Origin: a virus
Taxonomy: Duplodnaviria > Caudoviricetes
IMG/VR virus record: IMGVR_UViG_3300028805_000074
Location: 58,575-122,574 of that record
Length of the DNA stretch: 64,000 nucleotides
Strand: one strand, 5' to 3'
Shown here: in pieces, positions 27,763 to 35,359 of the stretch
Layout: each line of letters starts with the position of its first letter
How positions within the stretch are numbered: the first letter of the stretch is position 1
Made by a program: the position numbers and the translations under genes
Notes under the pieces: generated by a model
Seen by the model: only the letters and a program-made list of their open reading frames with translations
What the model was told of the DNA's origin: nothing
The model's database searches: none

Positions 27763-28893
27763 TTATCGCTTCAGCTGCTTAGCCTTCTTCTCCTGCGCCC
27801 ACTCCTTCATCTTCGCCTTGATGTCGATGCCGTTCTCTTCTATCATCTGCTTCATCAGGCCGAACAGTCGCCAGCCCTCGCCGTCGGAGGCATAGGTCAG
27901 CGCAGCGTGCTCCAGCATCTTCATCTTGTCGCGGCCAGGCTCATAGAAATCATTGTCCTTTGGGAAGGTGCATCCGTGGAAGCGCAGCAGGTTCTGCATC
28001 GTGGCGTAGGCTCCCATACCCTTGTAGGCATCCTTCCACTCAGCTGTCTGCTTATAGTTGCCGCTGTTGCAGCCCCACACCCGGGCCTTGTTGAATGCCA
28101 TCACTGCCTCGTAGAGTTTCTGCGGGGTCTTGGCGCTGTGGATAGCGGCCTTCAGGCGCACCATCGGCCACACCAGCTTCTTCTCGATGTCGCTCACGAA
28201 CACGTTCTGACGGAAGAACTTGATGTAGGGCACGCCCTTGCACTTGTGCGTCTGGCGGCTCTTGGCATCCTCACGCATCTGGACGATGTAGTCCTCGGCC
28301 ATCGTCACGGCCAGCTCGCGGTTGAACCAGCGGTTACGCGCCTCGAAGTTCTCCATATCCTTGCCGTAGAGCTTGGCTTGCACGCGCAGCTCCTCCACCA
28401 GCATCTCCCACTGATAGTCGTAGCCGTGATACTTCAGCCACGATGAGAACCCGCCATAAGAGGTCAGCCCGTGGAACACCTGGCTCATCACCCAGCGGCG
28501 GAACAGCGAGCGGTTGGGCACCGTGCCACCCTTGCGGATAGCAGCCAGGATGGGGTCGTCGTCGCTCACGGGCACGGCCTTTCCGTCGCCGGTCTTCATC
28601 ATCATCTGCTCGCCGCCGCCGGGAATCTGGATGGCGAAATACTTACTCGGGTCGATGCCCGCCGCCTTCAGTGCGTCGCCCCGCTTCGATACGGGCAGGT
28701 AGATGTCGCCCAGCCCTGAGTCCTTGCCGATGGCCATGCCGCCCTTCACTGCATGCTCATGCTCGCCGATGGCGAACTCCGTGCCGCACACCGGGCACAT
28801 CACGCGGGTTTCGCCACCGTCCGTCACGGGGATAGTGCGCTTGCTCTGGTTCTTCACTGTGTTCTTGCTCTCGTTGGTCTTCTTTGTTGCCAT
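27763..28893 (-). CDS. RT-associated protein of unknown function with an N-terminal CxxC (Zn-ribbon-like) motif
   Basis: 376-aa ORF with CPVCG, embedded between the two ncRNA arrays. Confidence 0.75.
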   Translation of the reverse strand: MATKKTNESKNTVKNQSKRTIPVTDGGETRVMCPVCGTEFAIGEHEHAVKGGMAIGKDSGLGDIYLPVSKRGDALKAAGIDPSKYFAIQIPGGGEQMMMKTGDGKAVPVSDDDPILAAIRKGGTVPNRSLFRRWVMSQVFHGLTSYGGFSSWLKYHGYDYQWEMLVEELRVQAKLYGKDMENFEARNRWFNRELAVTMAEDYIVQMREDAKSRQTHKCKGVPYIKFFRQNVFVSDIEKKLVWPMVRLKAAIHSAKTPQKLYEAVMAFNKARVWGCNSGNYKQTAEWKDAYKGMGAYATMQNLLRFHGCTFPKDNDFYEPGRDKMKMLEHAALTYASDGEGWRLFGLMKQMIEENGIDIKAKMKEWAQEKKAKQLKR

Positions 28894-28949
28894 AATCTTT
28901 TTGTTGTTTTAAAGGGTTAATAAAAAAATGTTTCTTGTTTGTTGCTGTC

Positions 28950-29042
28950 GCCTTCAGCCTGGCACATAGCGTTATAAGTCTGATATATTCTGCTTTACGA
29001 AAAAGCGGTGCTTACTGCGATAGCGTCAGGCTGTGCGGCCTG
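28950..29042 (-). ncRNA. Degenerate or short ncRNA unit A4
   Basis: Keeps the GCCTT...GGCACA motif and the CAGGC-TGTGCG-GCCTG hairpin but has only a minimal variable hairpin. Confidence 0.45.
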
Positions 29043-29057
29043 CCAGAGTTTTCGCCC

Positions 29058-29232
29058 GCCTTACGGCTTGGCATAGGTCTGTATCGTTTCGATGTCGCAG
29101 CTCGTGACGGTCGTCTGAACCAGAGCAGGAGACGGACCGCCGGGCGGTCTCCTGCTAAGGGCAAGAAGACTTATACACGAGCTCACTAAACATAGCCGTC
29201 CTACGAGCGGTGTCGGGCAGTATGCGCTGCCC
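29058..29232 (-). ncRNA. RT-associated structured ncRNA unit A3
   Basis: ACGGCT(29063)/AGCCGT(29194); CTGTA-N7-GATG; long hairpin 29099-29183; small hairpin 29215-29232 with TATGC loop. Confidence 0.75.
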
Positions 29233-29238
29233 TGCATT

Positions 29239-29413
29239 GCCTTGCGGCGTGGCACAGGTCTGTATCGTGTCGATGACAAAGCCGGTCATTGCCGGATGTC
29301 GGACCTCGAACGAAGGCTGGTCATGGAACAGCCTTCATTCGAGGTCCACATCCGTTTGCAAACCTGCTTCTAAACACGTGCCGCCCTACAATGCCCATAC
29401 TACTGTGCGGTAG
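29239..29413 (-). ncRNA. RT-associated structured ncRNA unit A2
   Basis: GCGGC(29244)/GCCGC(29380); CTGTA-N7-GATG; long hairpin 29293-29354; small hairpin 29400-29413 with TGTGC loop. Confidence 0.75.
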
Positions 29414-29428
29414 CGAAAGAAATGTCTG

Positions 29429-29604
29429 CTCCTTGCGACGCTGCACATCGCTATAACTCGTCGATGTAATGCGGCGTGTGCCAGAACAGGCCGCCAGGAT
29501 CCATCCACGGTAATAACCTGGACGGATCCAGGCGGCCAGCTCTGGTTAGGCACGCCGCACACTCAATCGTGTCGCCATAAGCAGACTAAACTCTGTGCGG
29601 AGTT
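29429..29604 (-). ncRNA. RT-associated structured ncRNA unit A1
   Basis: GCGAC(29435)/GTCGC(29571); CTATA-N7-GATG; long hairpin 29470-29559; small hairpin 29589-29604 with TGTGC loop. Confidence 0.75.
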
Positions 29605-29630
29605 GTTATCCATCCTTGCGCCGAAAACCC

Positions 29631-31247
29631 TCACGCCGCTACCCAGCTTCTCAGCACCACGAGGTCAGGGTCGGTCTCGCTCTGCCAGAACCACCCGCTG
29701 CCCTCCGGCATACGGAAGTCCTGCAGCGCCCGCTCCAGCTCCCGCTCTGCCTGTTCACGGGGCACGCCATAGAGCATGTCCTCGTCGCTCAGCTCGCTCT
29801 CTGGCAGCGCATAGAACCGGCTCGTCCTGTGCATCGTCTTCTCGCTCGGTATCGAGTGCTTATAGCGGGCATAGGCTTCCTCCATCTGTTCGATGCTCGT
29901 AGCCTCGCCGTCAGTGTGTTCGGCGGTTTTGCCACCGAAAGTCAGCCCTCTCACCAGCGTATCATACGCCGCCTTGCTCGTCCTAATGGCGTTCTGCATA
30001 CACCCCAGCGAGATATACCCGCCAATATCATCCCCCGTCTTCCGGCGGTTAGCCGATACATTCCTGCCCCTGCCACGGACGATACACCCTTGCTTGCCCT
30101 GCTTGTCATAGCCCAGCCCGCCGAGCTTCGTCTTGCCTGTATGTACCGCCCGCAGGCAGTCCATCACAAAGGCATTTAGCGTATCTACGTCCTGCTTCAC
30201 GTTGATAACCGACAGCACACCCGTAGCCCACGAGTGCCCCTGTCCGTCGCCACGATATAGGTAGCGGTTCACGGCGTTCAGCGCCTGCGTCGCCGTCCAG
30301 TGCCTTGCGGCATTGCCGCGAGGGTGCTTCGTCGTGAGGCTCTCGATTTCTTTCTGGAACCGCTTGATCCGCGTCGATGAAAGGCTGATGCTCTCGCCCT
30401 TGATAGAGAAGCCCAGGAACTTAAACCAGTGCTCCGCATCCAGCCACTCCACTTTCTTCGGATTAAGCCGCATATCCATAGCCGCCAGTTCCTCCGTCAG
30501 TATCTCCATCGCCCGCTCCGCATCCCTGCCGATAAACAGCATATCGTCGGAGTAGCGGACGTAATACCCGTCCAGCCCTGCCAGCCGCTCGTCGATATGA
30601 TACAGCAGCACATCCGCCAGCCACGATGCCACCGAGCACCCCTGCTTCAGCGACTGGTATTGGTATTCCACCTTACCCTCCGGCGTGATATACGCATCGG
30701 CATGATAGTATTTCCGCAGCACCGTGATAAGGGCTGACTTCCCGCACCGCTGCTCCACCATATCGAACGCACCGTCTATATATTGGATAGGCACCGAATC
30801 GAAATACTTGCTCAGGTCTGATTTCCACCCCAGCCGTTCAGTGTGTTGCGGCATCTCCGCAACAATCGCCCTGCTCGCCTCATGCACCACCTTTCCGCAG
30901 CCCACGCCCTTCAGATAGCTCTTGCATGCGGGATGCACCCGGTCGGGCATCAGCTCGAACAGCAGGTCGTTGGCTATCGACAACAGTACCCTGTCTGCAG
31001 GCTCGTTCACATATACTGTACGGAACTCACCCGGCGTGTCCTTCGGTATCTGCGCCGTGTGTGGCGGTGCAATCTCATACTCCCCGTTGGCGATAGCGAT
31101 ATACATCCGCTCCCTCACCTCGGGCTTGCATAGCTGATACAGCCAGTTCTTAGGTATGTCCTTCCCCACCCCCTTTGCGATGGCATACTCCCACCGCTCC
31201 GGCTCGAAGAACATCTTCAACAGTTTATCTTCCATACTCGTAATCAT
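29631..31247 (-). CDS. Reverse transcriptase (unclassified/UG-type) with a C-terminal extension
   Basis: IPKD...FRTVYV...DRVL, KSDLSKYFDSV, LKQG, YVRYSDD, LNPKK, FKFLGF; alternative start at ATG 31235. Confidence 0.93.
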   Translation of the reverse strand: MITSMEDKLLKMFFEPERWEYAIAKGVGKDIPKNWLYQLCKPEVRERMYIAIANGEYEIAPPHTAQIPKDTPGEFRTVYVNEPADRVLLSIANDLLFELMPDRVHPACKSYLKGVGCGKVVHEASRAIVAEMPQHTERLGWKSDLSKYFDSVPIQYIDGAFDMVEQRCGKSALITVLRKYYHADAYITPEGKVEYQYQSLKQGCSVASWLADVLLYHIDERLAGLDGYYVRYSDDMLFIGRDAERAMEILTEELAAMDMRLNPKKVEWLDAEHWFKFLGFSIKGESISLSSTRIKRFQKEIESLTTKHPRGNAARHWTATQALNAVNRYLYRGDGQGHSWATGVLSVINVKQDVDTLNAFVMDCLRAVHTGKTKLGGLGYDKQGKQGCIVRGRGRNVSANRRKTGDDIGGYISLGCMQNAIRTSKAAYDTLVRGLTFGGKTAEHTDGEATSIEQMEEAYARYKHSIPSEKTMHRTSRFYALPESELSDEDMLYGVPREQAERELERALQDFRMPEGSGWFWQSETDPDLVVLRSWVAA

Positions 31248-31346
31248 TTAGAACATCCGTATTATTCCGTAAATCCCGTAGGATAGCAGGAGGGTGCCGA
31301 TAACCACCAGCACCCATCCCCATAACCTTTTCTGTCTCTCGCTCAT
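31248..31346 (-). CDS. 32-aa single-TM micropeptide (MSERQKRLWGWVLVVIGTLLLSYGIYGIIRMF)
   Basis: Read by hand; stop abuts the RT ATG (TAAATG). Confidence 0.55.
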   Translation of the reverse strand: MSERQKRLWGWVLVVIGTLLLSYGIYGIIRMF

Positions 31347-31359
31347 AATCTTCAATCTT

Positions 31360-32430
31360 CTACGCTGCCATAGGCATAGGCAGGCAGAGCGGGTGCATCT
31401 GCTTGTTCACCTCGTCGTACTTTCTAAGGATGTAGTTCGTGGCCTTCTGCACATGGTCGATGACCTGCGGGATAAAGTCCTTGTCGTCGCGGATAGCCTT
31501 GCGCCAGTTCTGCACAAGGGCGATATGCTGCTCGTCCAGCAGCCTGCCGATACCCAGCATCGAGCAGACGCACGCCGCCGTCAGCTCCGCGCAGAACTCC
31601 TCACGGGCATATCCCTCAGAGCCGAAGCCCCCGCCGCCCATGTCGCGCTTCAGCTCGCCCGCCGTAGAGTGCGCCATCTCGTGAATCGCGGTGCTATAGA
31701 ACAGCTCGTCGCCGAGGAAGTGGCTGCGCTCCGGCAGACGGATGATGTCCTCCGAGGGCGAATAGTGAGACGAATGACCGCCGAAGAGAATCTTGCACCG
31801 CCACTCGCCCTGCATGATCATCCGCTCCAGCACCTCGTCACGGGTCCCAGCCTTATAGTCGTGCTCAGGCAGACGGGTCAGTTCCTCCCACTTCTCAGGG
31901 AACTTCGCCTTGAAGTCCGTCTGCGATAGGTTGAACTCCGGAAAGAACTTAGGTCGGAAGTGCGTGTTCACACGCTCCTTGTCCTCGTCGTCCAGCTCGT
32001 CATATTCCTTCTGCGTCAGTTTCTTGTGGTCCAGATAGTAGGTGGGCAGTTTTTTCACTACGGGGAAGCTGCTCTCGAACCTCGGCATCCCGTTGTCCTT
32101 CAGCACCACGTTGCCCTCTTCGTCCTCCACCATATTGAGCGATAGCCCCATGTCGGTAAGTTGCTCGAACGTCAGGAACAGAGGTGCCTCCCACCCCTTG
32201 ATAGCGCATAGCAGGGTCAAGATGAAGTTGTTGATTCCCCTGTACGGCTTGCGCCACTTATAGTTCATCGGCGACCCGTGTCGGGGACTGACCCACGGTT
32301 TCGTCCACTGTGCGTCCTCCATCTGGTCGAGTGCGCTGGTAAATAACTCGGCATACTTCGCCTTCTGCTTGTCGTTCATCTGGAAGCCACGCTTCTTCTG
32401 CTGGCCTCCGTTGTTTCTCTTTGTTGCCAT
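31360..32430 (-). CDS. ardC: ArdC-like ssDNA-binding anti-restriction protein (N-terminal domain plus zincin-like domain)
   Basis: WTKPW...YRGIN...FLTFEQL N-domain; IRLP...FYSTAIHEMAHST...YAREEFCAEL. Confidence 0.85.
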   Translation of the reverse strand: MATKRNNGGQQKKRGFQMNDKQKAKYAELFTSALDQMEDAQWTKPWVSPRHGSPMNYKWRKPYRGINNFILTLLCAIKGWEAPLFLTFEQLTDMGLSLNMVEDEEGNVVLKDNGMPRFESSFPVVKKLPTYYLDHKKLTQKEYDELDDEDKERVNTHFRPKFFPEFNLSQTDFKAKFPEKWEELTRLPEHDYKAGTRDEVLERMIMQGEWRCKILFGGHSSHYSPSEDIIRLPERSHFLGDELFYSTAIHEMAHSTAGELKRDMGGGGFGSEGYAREEFCAELTAACVCSMLGIGRLLDEQHIALVQNWRKAIRDDKDFIPQVIDHVQKATNYILRKYDEVNKQMHPLCLPMPMAA

Positions 32431-32504
32431 AACTTGAATTGTTTTTAATTGTTGATACTAAAAGTTCCCCACCCCTCAGAGGGGCGGGGTTAGGGGCGCG
32501 GTAG

Positions 32505-33785
32505 TTACGCCGCCATAGCATTGACGATAGCCATAGCCTCCTTGTCGCCGGCGATGACACGGCGCATCAGGTCGGCCACCTCCGCCTCGGTATAGGTCTT
32601 GCCCTGCGGCTTGGCTGTCTGCGCCTTGCCATCGTGCTCCTGGCGATAGGTCTCACGCTTCTGCTTGCGCTCCTCTCGCTTTGCCATACGCTCCTCGGTG
32701 GCGCGGTTCACTACCGCCTGGCAGTCGGCCACGGTCTTGCCCTCGTTGAGCATCTGACATACGGTCTTGGCCACCTCCGCATAGCGGGGGCCGAACGTCA
32801 GGAAGTTCACGCGCTCACCTTTCACCGTCTCGTAGGAAGCCGAACCGTGCAGGCTGGCAGCGGCCTCCTTCTGATAGGCGGCATCCGTCTCGGCGAATCC
32901 GCTAATCTTGGCGCACGCCTTGCCCTTCTTGTTCGTATAGGCGCTATACACCAGCTTGCCCGCCTTATGCTCCGGCTTAGGCTCCTCCGCCTTAGCCTCT
33001 GTCTGCGGCTGCTTCTTGCGGGGCTTGGCGGATTGCTCTGCCTTGGGCTTCTCCTGCTTTGGTTTCTCCATCTTCACCGTCTTGGCCTTCGGCTCCTCCG
33101 CCTTGGGTGCCTCCTGCTTGGTAGGCTCCTGCGTGCCGTCGCTCACCTTCCAGCCGCCCTGCAGTAGCTTCTCCACCTGGGCCACGCCCATAGTCATAGG
33201 CTTGCCCTCGCTGTCGCCCATCTGGAACGTCACCTTCACCTTGTCGCCCTCGATGCCGTTGATTGTGTACTTGGCGTTACCGCCGTTGCTGATACTCTTG
33301 CCGATAAGGTCGGCCACCTTCATTGTCTCGTTAGTCATAACTTTGTCCTCCGAATTTTGATTGTTAGTTGATGAATTGTTGTCCTCAGTTGTCTCAGCCG
33401 CCATGCGCTCACGCTCCTGCTGCCTGAACAGTCTGCGCATCGTCTCGCTGAACTGCGAGAAGGTCACGTTGTTGTTCGATCCGCCGTGATAGTCTTTCGG
33501 CCCGCTGGCGGTACGCATAAAGAACGCGGAACCGTCCGTCAGCTGCACATGACACCGGTCCAGCGCCTCGTAGCAGAAGTACACATAGAGACCGTCCTTC
33601 TCCACGAAACCGCTCTGATAGTAGTGTCCGCTGTTGTACGACACGAGTGTAGCACCCTCATTCTCTGCCAGCCGCTTCACCTCGCGGCGCATAGCCTGCT
33701 GAAAGCTCTTATACTCCTTCGATACCGAACTGCCCCAGTCCTCCAGACGGCGACCGTCCCATGTCTTGACAAAATCCTTTGCCAT
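32505..33785 (-). CDS. Multidomain hypothetical protein
   Basis: 426-aa ORF with an E/K/P-rich linker. Confidence 0.75.
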   Translation of the reverse strand: MAKDFVKTWDGRRLEDWGSSVSKEYKSFQQAMRREVKRLAENEGATLVSYNSGHYYQSGFVEKDGLYVYFCYEALDRCHVQLTDGSAFFMRTASGPKDYHGGSNNNVTFSQFSETMRRLFRQQERERMAAETTEDNNSSTNNQNSEDKVMTNETMKVADLIGKSISNGGNAKYTINGIEGDKVKVTFQMGDSEGKPMTMGVAQVEKLLQGGWKVSDGTQEPTKQEAPKAEEPKAKTVKMEKPKQEKPKAEQSAKPRKKQPQTEAKAEEPKPEHKAGKLVYSAYTNKKGKACAKISGFAETDAAYQKEAAASLHGSASYETVKGERVNFLTFGPRYAEVAKTVCQMLNEGKTVADCQAVVNRATEERMAKREERKQKRETYRQEHDGKAQTAKPQGKTYTEAEVADLMRRVIAGDKEAMAIVNAMAA

Positions 33786-33788
33786 AGG

Positions 33789-33911
33789 TCACGCTGCCTT
33801 ACGATAGTTGATAAACTGGTCCTCGATAGCCTCGGGGATATAATTCACGTTCACGTTGTAGGCCACGCTGATAGCACGGCGCACTTTGTTGATGTTGATT
33901 GTCTTTGCCAT
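33789..33911 (-). CDS. Small protein (40 aa, MAKTININKV...YRKAA)
   Basis: Read by hand; coupled to the next gene. Confidence 0.55.
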   Translation of the reverse strand: MAKTININKVRRAISVAYNVNVNYIPEAIEDQFINYRKAA

Positions 33912-34012
33912 AATTGTTAATTGATTTTGTTTTACGCTGCATTTACGATTTCACTTAATTCTCTCTCCACGGCCAATTTGTGGATAATTCGTGGTAATTC
34001 GTGTTCACTCTC

Positions 34013-34219
34013 TCAGGCAATAAACCCGTGGAACGGGTGCAGGTCGATGATAAGGGCTTTCTGTCCGTACTCCTCGGCCATATCGGCGAAGGCGCACTCC
34101 ATAGCGGCTTTCTCGGCGGCGCTCATGCTGGTGTTCATACTTGCAGCCACGGCTGCGGTCATAGTCACGATACGTGCGCTCTTCTTGGCGGCGCTGGCCA
34201 TAGTCTTAAACTTCTTCAT
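34013..34219 (-). CDS. Small Ala-rich protein
   Basis: 68-aa ORF. Confidence 0.55.
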   Translation of the reverse strand: MKKFKTMASAAKKSARIVTMTAAVAASMNTSMSAAEKAAMECAFADMAEEYGQKALIIDLHPFHGFIA

Positions 34220-34234
34220 AACTTGTCCTCCTGA

Positions 34235-34378
34235 TTATATCACGTTAAACACATCTCCCTCGTTCACACTCTCCACGCGGACGTTTGCGCCCTCGTTGTT
34301 CATACCTGCTGCGATAGACTCGCAGACCGTCTTCTCGCCAATAAACAGGGTGGCGATGCCCAGCATAATCTTTGCCAT
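34235..34378 (-). CDS. Small protein (47 aa, MAKIMLGIAT...)
   Basis: Read by hand. Confidence 0.5.
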   Translation of the reverse strand: MAKIMLGIATLFIGEKTVCESIAAGMNNEGANVRVESVNEGDVFNVI

Positions 34379-34460
34379 AATCTGTAGCTTTTAATTGATT
34401 TGAATGTTTGTTTGTCTTGATAGTTCCCCACCCCTCTCAGGGGCGGGGATAGATGCGGGG

Positions 34461-34676
34461 TCACGCTGCCTGGTCGTAGGAGCGTGCGCCGTCCTTCAGG
34501 CTCATGTGCTTGCTCTTCGCGGGCACGTCGAACACGCCCAGCACAGCGGCCACGGCGATAGCCGTAGCGAAATAGGTCACGATAACCAGACGGTCGCTGG
34601 CATCATACGCGATAGCGATACACATCATGGCCAAGCCCACCATGCACGCCACGAAAACTTTCAGGATAAATTTCAT
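34461..34676 (-). CDS. Small two-TM membrane protein
   Basis: Two hydrophobic helices; ends DQAA. Confidence 0.6.
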   Translation of the reverse strand: MKFILKVFVACMVGLAMMCIAIAYDASDRLVIVTYFATAIAVAAVLGVFDVPAKSKHMSLKDGARSYDQAA

Positions 34677-34696
34677 ACGTTTGTCCTCCAGATTTT

Positions 34697-34861
34697 TTAG
34701 AAATTATTTACGATGATTTCCCGAATACGCTCCGGCGCCATGTCGGGATAGATAGAATGACCGAACTCACAGAGGATGTCGATGACTTCCTCGTGGGTGT
34801 AGGTCGCCTTCGCCCGAAGCTCCTGGAACTTCGGGCGCAATTCAAGTACGATAGCTGCCAT
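34697..34861 (-). CDS. Small protein (54 aa, MAAIVLELRP...)
   Basis: Read by hand. Confidence 0.5.
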   Translation of the reverse strand: MAAIVLELRPKFQELRAKATYTHEEVIDILCEFGHSIYPDMAPERIREIIVNNF

Positions 34862-34967
34862 AGTTTACACCTTATTATATATGTGTGGATAAATATGTTC
34901 GCATATAGTATGGGCGTGCCTGCAGCCAAACGCCTCCCGACGCTCCGCCCATAGCAAAACTCAAAAC

Positions 34968-35342
34968 TCAGTTCACACGATAGAATGTCACCTCCTTGTT
35001 CCTCAGCGACTGCTCATAGCGTACATGCGTCTTGCGCACATCGCCCTGCCGATAGCTCGGCTTGAACCGCTTGGTGTTGATAACAGACAGACCCAGATTC
35101 TTGTGGTACACAAGTTGCAGACCCGATACGGATTCGAGCACAACTGTTTCCGGCCCATCCGTAGGGAAGAATACGGGTACATCCCACTTGGCCACCTTGG
35201 CCTTGTGGAAATAGAACATCTTACGCTCGTCAGGACAGCAGCATGTGTCCATGACCAACACGAATGTAAAGCCCTCGTCACCAAATCCGTGCGAGTAGGC
35301 TGCGTCGATAAGCGACTTCAAACTTTTACAGGTTTCTTTCAT
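34968..35342 (-). CDS. Hypothetical protein
   Basis: Start moved to MKETCK. Confidence 0.6.
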   Translation of the reverse strand: MKETCKSLKSLIDAAYSHGFGDEGFTFVLVMDTCCCPDERKMFYFHKAKVAKWDVPVFFPTDGPETVVLESVSGLQLVYHKNLGLSVINTKRFKPSYRQGDVRKTHVRYEQSLRNKEVTFYRVN

Positions 35343-35359
35343 AATCTCGTCCTCCAAAT

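Noticed and set aside
26928-29604. CRISPR array
   Set aside because: There are no identical direct repeats, the variable parts are self-complementary hairpins of 60-90 nt, and no cas genes are in the window.
29631-31247. Diversity-generating retroelement
   Set aside because: I found no TR/VR pair differing at adenines and no recognisable Avd gene. A self-alignment would confirm this.
29631-31247. Group II intron or classic single-msr/msd retron
   Set aside because: No domain V/VI structure is visible after the ORF and no gene is interrupted. Retron VTG and NAxxH motifs are absent, and the ncRNAs are multiple and downstream.
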